Part shown: piece after piece, positions 8,091 to 16,508 of the stretch | Position numbering within the stretch: the first letter of the stretch is position 1 | Layout of the letters: the number at the start of each line of letters is the position of its first letter | IMG/VR virus record: IMGVR_UViG_3300036715_001331 | Location: 1-52,673 of that record | Length of the DNA stretch: 52,673 bases | Source of the DNA: a virus | Lineage: Duplodnaviria > Caudoviricetes | Reading direction: 5' to 3' (one strand) | Position numbers and translations under genes: made by a program | The notes under the pieces: model-generated | What the model was told of the DNA's origin: nothing | Database searches by the model: none | Seen by the model: only the letters and a program-made list of their open reading frames with translations

Positions 8091-8446
8091 AGCTGCCCGT
8101 CCTTCCTGGAAAACACTTTCACGAGGTGCCTGGCCACGGCTAGATCTGCTTCATTCCAGATCCGGCCACCCCATCGGCAGAAGTGGATTTCTTCGGCGAC
8201 ACGCTCTACTTCGGTTGCCTTGAAAATCCCAAGGGGTGGTGTCCATCCAAGCGCCATCAGGCCCTTCCGGATGGCTTCTTCCTTGAGGTCGACGATTTCC
8301 TTGTAGTGGTTCACCATCTTGTCGTTCATCGTCTCGAGCACGTCGAAGGAGAGCGTCTGTTCCTGGGGGTCAATGCTGGGGGTGATGGTTGTCTTTCCGA
8401 TGAATGTTTCTCCGCTCAAGGCACCACCCTCCCGAACATCAGGCAT
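8087..8446 (-). CDS. Hypothetical protein (start uncertain, possibly TTG at 8419)
   Basis: Coupled to the downstream gene; plausible composition. Confidence 0.6.
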   Translation of the reverse strand: MPDVREGGALSGETFIGKTTITPSIDPQEQTLSFDVLETMNDKMVNHYKEIVDLKEEAIRKGLMALGWTPPLGIFKATEVERVAEEIHFCRWGGRIWNEADLAVARHLVKVFSRKDGQL

Positions 8447-8613
8447 CCGCTGACGCTGGCGAGGGAGTCCAGTTTGATTTGGACGCCGGGCGCCTCCAGA
8501 CCGGTCACCTGAACCGGCGCCAGATTTCCTCCCAAGAACACCTCGTCGGTTGGTCGAATGAATCCATCGTCGAGGATCCGGCCCAGCCTGGTGTGGAGTT
8601 CCTGGGCGGTCAT
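8416..8613 (-). CDS. Hypothetical protein
   Basis: MTAQELHTRL start overlaps the upstream TGA; RBS GGAGAG. Confidence 0.6.
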   Translation of the reverse strand: MTAQELHTRLGRILDDGFIRPTDEVFLGGNLAPVQVTGLEAPGVQIKLDSLASVSGCLMFGRVVP

Positions 8614-9062
8614 GATTCTCTCCCCGGACGCATGACGGCTTCGCGGGCCTCTTCCCAGCCCTCGTCTCGAATGCTGATGTTCAGGGGGTGCACAGTAGCC
8701 TCCGAGATGATCAGGTGGTCCTGCTTGATCTGTGGCAGGTTCCCCAGGATTTCGGCGACGGTGATGGTTTTCTTGGCTGCGACAATGACCTCGCGCTTTC
8801 GCTTGAGGAGCCAATCAAGGAACGATGCCGGCGGAATCGGGACCACCGTGGAGATGACCAAGTCGTGCTCGGTGACGACCCGCTGCATGAACCAAGCCTC
8901 GAGTCGGTGGACTAACTCGTCCCTGAAGTCATCCTCGGTTGTTGTCCGTTTTTCAATTTTCAGCATTGCAACGGCTCGGCTTTCCCTTAGTTGTGAGACG
9001 AGTGTTTTTGTTTCAAAAACGAAGGACACCAAGTTGCCTTCGATGCTGGTCTGTGGTTTCAT
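8610..9062 (-). CDS. Hypothetical protein
   Basis: MKPQTSIEG start with ATGA overlap and GAGGAGGGG RBS. Confidence 0.65.
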   Translation of the reverse strand: MKPQTSIEGNLVSFVFETKTLVSQLRESRAVAMLKIEKRTTTEDDFRDELVHRLEAWFMQRVVTEHDLVISTVVPIPPASFLDWLLKRKREVIVAAKKTITVAEILGNLPQIKQDHLIISEATVHPLNISIRDEGWEEAREAVMRPGRES

Positions 9063-9775
9063 TTGCCTTTCCCCTCCTCGAGAATTTTCTTGAAATCTTC
9101 CCGCAGTTGCAGGAATTCGTCGATGTCGGTCTTGAGCAGTCCGCCCTCGGTGATCTGGTCGATCTTGCGTTTCACCCAGGGCGAGAACTCTTTCGTGTCG
9201 AGGTAGCTGGTGGTTCTCCAGACCTCGACCCGGTAGGTGTTCCCGTCGCCCACCGGCTCTTTGCGCTTCACCTTGCCGAGCTCGACCTCCACCCCGCGGG
9301 TGAACCCGAACACGTCGTCTTTGGGGACGAAGTAGGCGGTCTTGACGGCGTAGGTTTCGAGCTCGTCTTCGTGGATCTCGGCCGGCGTCACGATCTGCCC
9401 TGGCGTCTTCTTGGACCAGTACCCGGACCGGTAGGCTGGCGTGCCGTTGATCCAGTTGGCTTCGATCTCGAGGAGCTTCCACCACAGGGCGGTGGCGTTG
9501 ATGCTGCGCTTCCTGAAGTGGATGGTCAGGTCGAGCTCGAGCTCCACCAGGGTGTCGGCGTAGTTCGGCGCCGGCCCGCGGGCTCCGGACGCCCGGTGCT
9601 TCTCGACGGCCTTGTTGTAGAGTCCTGCCTGGCGCTTGATCAGGATCGCCAGCTGCTCGCCGAGGCGGGCGCGGTACTCGTCGCCGACCTGAAGCAGGAG
9701 CAGGCCGTTGCCTTTCGGAATTCCCAGCTTCAGGTTGGTGAACGGGTTGAACGTCGATCTGGCCTTGATTCTCAT
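9059..9775 (-). CDS. NinB/Orf-like recombination protein
   Basis: RKRSINATALWW and TTSYLDTKEFSPWV resemble NinB N- and C-terminal motifs; lies in the recombination module. Confidence 0.6.
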   Translation of the reverse strand: MRIKARSTFNPFTNLKLGIPKGNGLLLLQVGDEYRARLGEQLAILIKRQAGLYNKAVEKHRASGARGPAPNYADTLVELELDLTIHFRKRSINATALWWKLLEIEANWINGTPAYRSGYWSKKTPGQIVTPAEIHEDELETYAVKTAYFVPKDDVFGFTRGVEVELGKVKRKEPVGDGNTYRVEVWRTTSYLDTKEFSPWVKRKIDQITEGGLLKTDIDEFLQLREDFKKILEEGKGK

Positions 9776-10353
9776 GGCTGGACCACCTTGAAGCTGACGA
9801 CCTGGACCCAGGGGTTTTTCTGCCAGCTGCCGGGGCCGTTGATCGACTCCCAAAGCATCACGTAGGCGTCGACCCGGGAGAGCGTCTCCATCTGCTTCTC
9901 GCTCAGGTTCTCCATGGCCCAGGTGTAGACCCCTTCCTGGCGGGCGTCGTCGTCGGTGATGTCCCAGAGACGTTCGATCCTCTCGGGCTCGGTACGCTCG
10001 AGGAGGATCCGGCTTTCTTTTCTCGGCATGAAGATCGACGGCTTCCAGCATCCTTCGTATGCATCCCCGGTGTGGCTGGCCCTGTAAATCGTCGGGGCTC
10101 GCTTGGTGATGTCGTAGGCGTCCAGGACCGGGCAGAAGGTTTCCTTAACCCACAGGCGGTCTCCTGGCGGGCCGAATTTGAAGCTCTGAAGAAGCCAGGA
10201 CCTATTTCCGGGGTCTCGCACGTAGCTGTCGGTCCATCTGCCGTCGAACAGCCCTAAGCCTCCAGGTTTTGCGAGGCGCCTGGTCTGCGTCTTGTGTCCG
10301 GCCAGAATCGCCCGGACCATGGGGCCGGAAAAAAGGATGGGGTGTTCTTTCAC
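9772..10353 (-). CDS. Conserved phage protein (ASCH/PUA-like)
   Basis: PILFSGPMVRAILAGHKTQTRR, GDRLWVKET, WKPSIFMPR and NPWVQVVSF are hallmarks of a widespread phage family. Confidence 0.8.
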   Translation of the reverse strand: MKEHPILFSGPMVRAILAGHKTQTRRLAKPGGLGLFDGRWTDSYVRDPGNRSWLLQSFKFGPPGDRLWVKETFCPVLDAYDITKRAPTIYRASHTGDAYEGCWKPSIFMPRKESRILLERTEPERIERLWDITDDDARQEGVYTWAMENLSEKQMETLSRVDAYVMLWESINGPGSWQKNPWVQVVSFKVVQP

Positions 10354-10559
10354 TGGATTCCCCTCCTAGCGCCCGGCGCCGAGTACATGGCGATCCGCTC
10401 GGTCTTGATGAAGGCCCCGTGCGTTTCCTGAACGCCGGCGAGCGTGAACGTCTGGGCTCCGCCGACCAGGGTGGGGTGAGGCCGGCTGATGACGGCCGGG
10501 GGCGGGTCGTCGACCTCCCCGTGGTAGGTGTTTCCTTCGATCGTAAATTGTGCTTTCAC
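10350..10559 (-). CDS. Hypothetical protein
   Basis: GTGA-coupled at both ends; RBS GAGGAGGG. Confidence 0.55.
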   Translation of the reverse strand: MKAQFTIEGNTYHGEVDDPPPAVISRPHPTLVGGAQTFTLAGVQETHGAFIKTERIAMYSAPGARRGIQ

Positions 10560-10858
10560 TTCAGTGCCCTCCTCTTCAAAAAGTCGATCAGGGCCTGGGC
10601 GTCGCCCATCATGTATCGGTCGCCGACCCTCCACTTGTTCACGGTGGGCCAGAAGTCAATCGCCGGGTACCCGCGGTGGCGCACCAGAACCACGTCGCCG
10701 GCGTTCTGGAACTTGAACGGCAGCGTGGAGGCGCGAAGGACCGAGAGGTTGGCTTCCTTCCGGTCGGCGTGCTTTTTCTGCTCGTCCTGGCGGATTTCTC
10801 GGTACATCTCGGTGGTCTCGTTCAGGCCATTCCGGCGCCGGTCGTATCCGTGGCTCAC
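10556..10858 (-). CDS. Hypothetical protein
   Basis: GTGA-coupled; IDFWPTVNKW. Confidence 0.7.
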   Translation of the reverse strand: MSHGYDRRRNGLNETTEMYREIRQDEQKKHADRKEANLSVLRASTLPFKFQNAGDVVLVRHRGYPAIDFWPTVNKWRVGDRYMMGDAQALIDFLKRRALK

Positions 10859-11511
10859 GCCTTCCTCCCCAGGTCCACGTAGGTGGCCCTTTCGAGCTTG
10901 GCGATGGTGGCTTCGACGTCCTCGAGGAACCGGACCACACCGTCTTTGATGATCCGGATGGTGGATTCGTCGCGCCAGACCCGCTTGATGTACAGGCGCT
11001 GGGCCTCAGGCAGTCTCGGGTGGAAGCTCACGAAGTCGCACCACTCCAGGGCGGCACACTCCATGAGGGCCTGCATCTGCAGGTAGTACCCGCGAGGGAC
11101 GGCGCCGGTCAGCACGTACTTGGCGTGGGTGGCCAGGAGCGGGCACTTGCCCTCGAGGCCACCGCGGATCTCCGGCATCACGCCGTCCGGGCTCACTCCG
11201 AACCCGGCCAGCGTCGGGTGGTCGATGAATCCGACCTCCTGGACCAGGACGTCCTGGCGTTCCTCGTAGAGGCTCCGCATCACCGGCTCGCGTTCCTTCC
11301 CGTCTCGGATGGCCTGGTTGACGAACCCTTCGGGGGTCGGCTCGCCGGTCATGCGCTCGGAGACGATCTCGTAGAGGTAGTTCTGATAGCTCGCGGTGGT
11401 CGTCGCCATCAGGACGTCCTCGATCCTGCTGCCGGTGGCTTTGCCGGAGCGGATCCGCTTCCACTCGTCGGTGCCCTGGACGATGTCGGTGTGCCAGTTG
11501 GGGCGGGTCAT
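10855..11511 (-). CDS. YqaJ / lambda-exonuclease family recombination nuclease
   Basis: QGTDEWKRIRSGKATGS, GVSPDG, EGKCP, YYLQMQ, WCDFVSF. Confidence 0.92.
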   Translation of the reverse strand: MTRPNWHTDIVQGTDEWKRIRSGKATGSRIEDVLMATTTASYQNYLYEIVSERMTGEPTPEGFVNQAIRDGKEREPVMRSLYEERQDVLVQEVGFIDHPTLAGFGVSPDGVMPEIRGGLEGKCPLLATHAKYVLTGAVPRGYYLQMQALMECAALEWCDFVSFHPRLPEAQRLYIKRVWRDESTIRIIKDGVVRFLEDVEATIAKLERATYVDLGRKA

Positions 11512-11600
11512 CGGTTGGACTCGGTCTGAATCACGGGATCCATGATCAGCTGTTCGGACCTGCGGTTCTGCTTTGAAATCTCGACCTTGAAAATGTTCAC
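11508..11600 (-). CDS. 30-aa microprotein (not in ORF track)
   Basis: MNIFKVEISKQNRRSEQLIMDPVIQTESNR; GTG overlaps the ERF stop and its TGA overlaps the YqaJ ATG. Confidence 0.55.
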   Translation of the reverse strand: MNIFKVEISKQNRRSEQLIMDPVIQTESNR

Positions 11601-12475
11601 AGGCGGCCTCCGCTGATTTCCTTCAGGCGCTGATTTTTGACCGTGACGATCACCTTGCGGTCCTCGTCGCTCTTGTCCTTGACCGCGGTCATGTAGGCCA
11701 TCTTGAGCTCCTCCTGGTTTTTGGCCTCGCGGATCAGGCTGATTTCGTTGGAGAGTCGGACGCCGACCTCGAAGGTCAGGGACCGGGCGTCGTCGTCCTG
11801 GTCTTCCATCACCATCCCGAAGCCGGCGGTCATGGCGTAGCGGTGGCCGTAGCTCTGCAGGCTGGCCGCCTTCTGGGCGCCGTTCATCAGCGGGGCGCTG
11901 GCGCTCCCCTCGGGCAGGTCCACGTAGGTGGTCCGGGTGTGGCCCCAGCCGGTGATGTCGATGTAGTACCGCATCACCTTCCTGGCGTCGAGGTATTCCT
12001 CGCGGAAGGAGTAGCTGAACCCGTGATCGGCGATCGCCCGGCCGTTGGTCTGGACCATGGCCTCGATCGGGGCGTAGTCGTACAGGTCCCGGCCCTTGTC
12101 GTTGTCCCTGGCCGTCTTGATCCTGGGGACCGGTTTGAAGTCGCCCTGCATCAGGGCAAAGTTCCGGTCAAAGTCGAGCTTGGCCTGGCGGGCCTCTTCG
12201 CGGTCCCGGAGGTCCATGAACTTCTCCAGGGTGGGCAGGTCGGCTCCCCTCTCAACCAGGGTTGCCAGCATCGTGGCACCGCTGGTGCGGTCGGGCATCG
12301 GCATGATCGGCATCGACCGGACGGCGACCTCGCGCTCAGCCTGCTCGGCGATCGCCCGGTTGCGCTCCGGATCCAGCCCCCTGCCCAGGTCGCTGAAAAG
12401 GTCCGGCCCGCGGGCCTGGTCGAGGTCGACGACCTCGGGCTGCTGGTCGGTGCCAGCTTCGTTCAAATCGGACAT
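11597..12475 (-). CDS. erf: ERF family single-strand annealing protein
   Basis: YDYAPIE; ASLQSYGHRYAMTAGFG...DQDDDA ERF signature; next to the exonuclease. Confidence 0.88.
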   Translation of the reverse strand: MSDLNEAGTDQQPEVVDLDQARGPDLFSDLGRGLDPERNRAIAEQAEREVAVRSMPIMPMPDRTSGATMLATLVERGADLPTLEKFMDLRDREEARQAKLDFDRNFALMQGDFKPVPRIKTARDNDKGRDLYDYAPIEAMVQTNGRAIADHGFSYSFREEYLDARKVMRYYIDITGWGHTRTTYVDLPEGSASAPLMNGAQKAASLQSYGHRYAMTAGFGMVMEDQDDDARSLTFEVGVRLSNEISLIREAKNQEELKMAYMTAVKDKSDEDRKVIVTVKNQRLKEISGGRL

Positions 12476-12499
12476 CTTGTGTCCCTCCTTTCTCTCGGC

Positions 12500-12528
12500 A
12501 GTGTAACCCTTTGTCGCTTTGTTTGCAA
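12500..12528 (-). promoter_or_regulatory. Sigma70-like promoter for the recombination operon
   Basis: TTGCAA-17 bp-TACACT upstream of the erf RBS AAAGGAGG. Confidence 0.6.
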
Positions 12529-12531
12529 CAG

Positions 12532-12705
12532 TCAGACATTTTGTTTAGGCATGGGCTGAACCCGAGACGACTTGAGCAGGCGGGACTCCTCTCTGCCCTG
12601 ACCGGTGTCTCGGCAGACCTCAGTCAGGTCGCGGATCGTGCGGACGAAGCGCCAGCCGTCCTCGGGCGGTCGGTCGTCAAGAATCACGGGGGCGTCGTAT
12701 TCCAT
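12532..12705 (-). CDS. Small hypothetical protein
   Basis: GGAGGACACC-ATG start. Confidence 0.5.
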   Translation of the reverse strand: MEYDAPVILDDRPPEDGWRFVRTIRDLTEVCRDTGQGREESRLLKSSRVQPMPKQNV

Positions 12706-12715
12706 GGTGTCCTCC

Positions 12716-12744
12716 AAAAAAAGGCCCCGGGGGTTACCCGGGGC
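12716..12744 (-). terminator. Rho-independent terminator
   Basis: GCCCCGGG/CCCGGGGC stem followed by T7 on the minus strand, just after the 12751 stop. Confidence 0.75.
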
Positions 12745-12750
12745 TGGTTG

Positions 12751-13794
12751 CTACTTCAGTTCCCTGCGGGCACTGTCGACCATTTCGGTGAACGTGAACC
12801 GGAACGACTTCACGGCCTGTGCCAGCGCCTTGTCGGCGATCTCGGGGGGGGTGGCCATGAAGGCTTCCAGGGCCGTCAGCCACCTGGCGATCTTTTCCTT
12901 GTCGGGCGCCAGTGCCGCCAGCCGGTCGGCCTCCGCCTTTCGCTGGGCTTCCTCGGCGTCGGCCCGGGCCTGGGCGTCGATCTTGGCCTGGGTTGCTTCC
13001 TTCTCCCGGCGGAGCTTGTCGGCCTCGGCTTGAGCGTCGTCGGCGATCTTCTGCAGACGGGCTTTTTCGGCCTTGTCGGCTTCCTCCTGGATCCGGCGCT
13101 GGCTGGCTTCGAGTTCGGCCTTCTGGGCGTCGATCCGGCGCTGCTCGGCTTCCTGTTCCTGGCGCTGGTTCTCGAGGCGTTCGGCTTCCTTCCGGTTGGC
13201 CTCGGCCAGTTCCCGGGCCTCGCGCTCTTCCCGTTCCTTCCGCTCGGCCTCCGCCCGCCGGCCGGCTTCCATGATCTTGAAGTCGGCCTCGGCCTTGGCG
13301 AGCCGGTCGGCGAACATGGCCGGGGTGTCCTGGGCGACCTCGTAGGGGTTGCCGTTCCACTCGAAGGCTCGCAGCTGGGCCAGGAGGCCGTCGACCCGGT
13401 CCTGCTCGGCCTTGGCTTTGGCGTCCTCGATGGCCTGGCGGTCGGCGAGGTACTTCTCTTCCTTGGCCTTCGAGATTCCCTCGATGGTCTGAAGCCGGCC
13501 GACGATCTCGTCTTCTTTGGCCTTGACCTTCCGCTGGTACTCGAGGGCGTCCGCCCGAAGCGCCTTCATGACCTCCGTGGTCTTGGTCCGGATCGGGACG
13601 ATGTCCAGACGGTGCCGGCGGACTTTCTCGTACCCTTCCTTGTCCTCGGGGCCGGCGATCTCCAGGGCGCGGGCCGAGGCCTCGAGCTCGGTGAGAACCT
13701 TCTCGGTGACGTTGACCTTCACCAGGGCGGTGACGATCGGATCCGGCGGGGCGTCCTGGAGCTCCTGGGGAGTCTCTTCGTTCTCGTTTGCCAT
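12751..13794 (-). CDS. Long coiled-coil phage protein
   Basis: E/A/R/K-rich heptads; RBS AGGAGG before MANENEE. Confidence 0.8.
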   Translation of the reverse strand: MANENEETPQELQDAPPDPIVTALVKVNVTEKVLTELEASARALEIAGPEDKEGYEKVRRHRLDIVPIRTKTTEVMKALRADALEYQRKVKAKEDEIVGRLQTIEGISKAKEEKYLADRQAIEDAKAKAEQDRVDGLLAQLRAFEWNGNPYEVAQDTPAMFADRLAKAEADFKIMEAGRRAEAERKEREEREARELAEANRKEAERLENQRQEQEAEQRRIDAQKAELEASQRRIQEEADKAEKARLQKIADDAQAEADKLRREKEATQAKIDAQARADAEEAQRKAEADRLAALAPDKEKIARWLTALEAFMATPPEIADKALAQAVKSFRFTFTEMVDSARRELK

Positions 13795-13816
13795 GTTTCC
13801 CTCCTTTTGGGTTTGG

Positions 13817-13972
13817 CTACTTCGTTTCGTTCTGGTCGGGCTGCTTGAGGTGTTCCGGCGAAAGGTCGGCGCAGACCGCCACTTTCCCGCAAACCTCGCA
13901 CGGCCCACAGCTGGCGCCAAGGTCCACCTTCCATCGATGTTTCTCCGGAAGGCATTCCCTGCAGATGAACAC
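13817..13972 (-). CDS. 51-aa Cys-rich zinc-finger microprotein (not in ORF track)
   Basis: MFICRECLPEKHRWKVDLGASCGPCEVCGKVAVCADL...; fills the intergenic gap. Confidence 0.65.
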   Translation of the reverse strand: MFICRECLPEKHRWKVDLGASCGPCEVCGKVAVCADLSPEHLKQPDQNETK

Positions 13973-13975
13973 CGC

Positions 13976-14266
13976 CTAGCCCTTTTTCTTCGGCCGGCCG
14001 CCGGCGCCCATGCTGAGGAGGCCGTTCCGGGCGTTCCGGTCGGCGATCCTCTTGGCGACCGCGGGGTCCCGGCGGGCCTTCCGAATCTCGGCGGCGTGCA
14101 GGAGGACCTGGTCCTCGTAATCCAGCAGGTCGCTGGGGCTGTCGAAGAACCCGAACCCGCCCGGCACCCGCTTCATGGCGTGGTAGCTGGGTCCCTCGAA
14201 CCGTTGCAGGGCTTCGTACTCTTGCTCTTCCTTCGGGACGTCCCTGGGGATGCTGACAATCGTCAT
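13976..14266 (-). CDS. Hypothetical protein with C-terminal GGRP basic motif
   Basis: RNARNG...GGRPKKK; RBS AAGGAG. Confidence 0.7.
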   Translation of the reverse strand: MTIVSIPRDVPKEEQEYEALQRFEGPSYHAMKRVPGGFGFFDSPSDLLDYEDQVLLHAAEIRKARRDPAVAKRIADRNARNGLLSMGAGGRPKKKG

Positions 14267-14335
14267 TCCTTGCTCCTTTCGCTTTCGCGGACCCGATTCC
14301 AGGCCGGGTTTCGGCCGGGCGCGACCCGGCTCTCA

Positions 14336-14662
14336 TCAGCGCGATAAAACTCCGGGCTGCTCGCCCTCGTCTTTTGTCAGTTGCCGGACCCGGCCTTCGA
14401 CCTCGGGCCAGATCGGCATGGCCACCCGGATCACTTCCTCGACGCTCAGGATGGTGGCGCCCTGGTTCAGCTTTGCTGTGAAGACCCACCCTCGGTCGTC
14501 CGGGTCGAAAAGCGCCGAGGTCAGGCCGAGCTGCAGGGTGCCTTCGTAGTGAACCAGGAACTCCCGGCGCGTAATCCCTTCTTTGAGCAGGATCGGATTC
14601 TGTCCTCGACACTGGCCGGCGAGGCTCATCCGTCCGGGCTCTTCCCAGTCGAGGTCGATCAT
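14336..14662 (-). CDS. Hypothetical protein
   Basis: ATGA-coupled, phage-like codon bias. Confidence 0.65.
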   Translation of the reverse strand: MIDLDWEEPGRMSLAGQCRGQNPILLKEGITRREFLVHYEGTLQLGLTSALFDPDDRGWVFTAKLNQGATILSVEEVIRVAMPIWPEVEGRVRQLTKDEGEQPGVLSR

Positions 14663-14976
14663 TCGTTCCGTCCCTGGCGGGCGCCCATCGGGTCGTCGAC
14701 CAGCTGGATCCGGTAGAAGGTGAACCCCCGGACCTGGGTGGTCTTCATTTCATAGGCGCCCTCGCGGTAGGGGTCCATTCCCCGGTTTCCCGGCTCGTCC
14801 TGCCATGCGATCGTCGCCAGGGTTTCATTCGGAAACCAGACCCCGGCTTGGCCCTCGTCCTCGAGGTAAAGGTGAGGCTTGGAGGTGTACCCGATGTTCC
14901 CCATGAACCCAGGGAGGCCGGCCATCTCGCTGTAGGTGGTGCAGACCCGGCGTCCGGGCTCGACGGTGATGCTCAT
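14659..14976 (-). CDS. Hypothetical protein
   Basis: MSITVEPG start overlaps the upstream TGA; GGAGG RBS. Confidence 0.65.
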   Translation of the reverse strand: MSITVEPGRRVCTTYSEMAGLPGFMGNIGYTSKPHLYLEDEGQAGVWFPNETLATIAWQDEPGNRGMDPYREGAYEMKTTQVRGFTFYRIQLVDDPMGARQGRNE

Positions 14977-15347
14977 TCTGGCTTCCTCCAGTACTTGTCG
15001 ACGAATTCCTGAATCGTCCCCCCGAAGAAGGACACAAACTGGCGCCGTTCCCACTCGTTCCAGGCCCAGGTCTTCCGGCTGTAGGCGATCACGTGGATCC
15101 CGTTGCTTTCCATTCTCAGGTCGTACTTGTACTCGGTGCCGATGTTGATCCCGTGGGACGGAGTCGGATCGGCGCTCGGGTCGGCCTCGACAAAGCAGTC
15201 CTCGTAGGGCGCTGTCGGGTTTCTGGCCCAGATCTCGAGCAGGAGCTTGAAGCGCCCGGCAGCCCCGCTTTGGTATCCATCGTGGTGGACGTAGAAGAAC
15301 TTGTCGGCGCCTTCCTTTTTGAACCGGTATGTGGCGGAGGTGCTCAT
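14973..15347 (-). CDS. Conserved phage early protein (YxHxDGY type)
   Basis: MST...FYVHHDGYQSG...TEYKY pattern. Confidence 0.7.
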   Translation of the reverse strand: MSTSATYRFKKEGADKFFYVHHDGYQSGAAGRFKLLLEIWARNPTAPYEDCFVEADPSADPTPSHGINIGTEYKYDLRMESNGIHVIAYSRKTWAWNEWERRQFVSFFGGTIQEFVDKYWRKPE

Positions 15348-15562
15348 CGACTCCTCCAGTCGTTGCGCTGGTCGGTGATCGGCTCAAAGCACAGGATGCC
15401 GACATTTTCGCCGTGCGTGTAGGCCTTGCACCGATCGCACCGTCCGGTGAAGAACAGGCCATCCTTTGTCGCTTCGGACTTGAAGACGGCGACCATAGTG
15501 GCGGGCCTCCCGCATTCGTGTCCCCACGTTCCCGCTTGGGCGAATGAGCAGGTTGTGATCAT
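15344..15562 (-). CDS. Small Cys-rich protein
   Basis: C-x10-CGRPA...RCDRC; coupled at both ends. Confidence 0.6.
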   Translation of the reverse strand: MITTCSFAQAGTWGHECGRPATMVAVFKSEATKDGLFFTGRCDRCKAYTHGENVGILCFEPITDQRNDWRSR

Positions 15563-15777
15563 TCTTCCTTCTCTCCCGTGTAGGGGTTGAGGCCGAGGCA
15601 GGGGCGCAGTTGCTCGACGTACATCCCGAGGTTTCCGGCGTACCCCCAGTTTTTCGTTGTGCGCCCGGCTTGAGCATCTTCCTTGATCTTGCCGATCAGG
15701 GCGGTGGCGAGAGTAAGAGCATTCGCCTCCCGCCGGTCGATGGTCTGTTTCAGGGTTTCGTGCTTCGTGGCGGGCAT
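15559..15777 (-). CDS. Hypothetical protein
   Basis: NWGYAGNL motif; coupled. Confidence 0.65.
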   Translation of the reverse strand: MPATKHETLKQTIDRREANALTLATALIGKIKEDAQAGRTTKNWGYAGNLGMYVEQLRPCLGLNPYTGEKEE

Positions 15778-16322
15778 CAGCGGGCCTCCCTGACCATCTG
15801 CGCTTCGATGTCCTGGGCCTCTTCGATCTTGCTGTCGATGTCCGCCTTGCTGGCGACGGCGCCGTTGGCGACCCAGAAGCGGGCGGTTTCGGGAAGGTCC
15901 CCGCTTTCCGTCAGGTAGCTGAAGAAGTCGATCTTGGAAACCTCGGCCTCGGCCTCGGTCATCTTCTCGACCTTGGCGCGGCTCTCGATTTCAGCTTCGG
16001 CGAAGAGCAGGGCGTCAATGAAGGCCAGAACCTTGTCGGGGTCTTCGTCGGAGATCAGCTTGGTGTAGTTGTTCTCGTCGTCGTACCACTCCTCGTTTCC
16101 GTTGGTGAAGCCACGGGCGTCGCCGTTGACCGTCGTCTTGTTGACCCGGGCCAGGAAGAACCCGCCCTCTTCGTCGTCGAAGGCCAGGAAGTCGTGGGTC
16201 TTGTTTTCCTTGATCAGGTAGGCCCGGAGGTTCCAGTCGGCGTTCAGGCCGACCATCTTGAAGTTGCGGGCCTCGAAGGTCACCCGGAAAACCTCGCCAG
16301 TCTCGTCGTTGTACTTCGCCAT
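15777..16322 (-). CDS. Acidic hypothetical protein, first gene after the 16.4 kb promoter
   Basis: Start MAKYNDETG; strong GC3 bias. Confidence 0.75.
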   Translation of the reverse strand: MAKYNDETGEVFRVTFEARNFKMVGLNADWNLRAYLIKENKTHDFLAFDDEEGGFFLARVNKTTVNGDARGFTNGNEEWYDDENNYTKLISDEDPDKVLAFIDALLFAEAEIESRAKVEKMTEAEAEVSKIDFFSYLTESGDLPETARFWVANGAVASKADIDSKIEEAQDIEAQMVREAR

Positions 16323-16377
16323 CTCGTTCGCGCCCCCTTTGCGCTGGCAGGGTTTCTTTCGTCCCCCTGTTGAGATC

Positions 16378-16406
16378 ATTCTAACCCCAGAATGGGGTTT
16401 GTGCAA
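16378..16406 (-). promoter_or_regulatory. Sigma70-like promoter with palindromic operator in the spacer
   Basis: TTGCAC-17 bp-TAGAAT; spacer contains ACCCCA-N3-TGGGGT (16384-16398). Confidence 0.75.
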
Positions 16407-16426
16407 GCGAGGCATCGGTTTTTTGC

Positions 16427-16473
16427 AAAATAAAAACCCCGCCATTGGCCCTTTCCCGGGCTTTTGGCGGGGT
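16427..16473 (-). terminator. Rho-independent terminator ending the late/lysis operon
   Basis: ACCCCGCCA/TGGCGGGGT stem followed by a T-rich tract on the minus strand. Confidence 0.7.
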
Positions 16474-16508
16474 CTGTGTTCTGGCGGTCCGGATGTCGGT
16501 CTTTTGGG

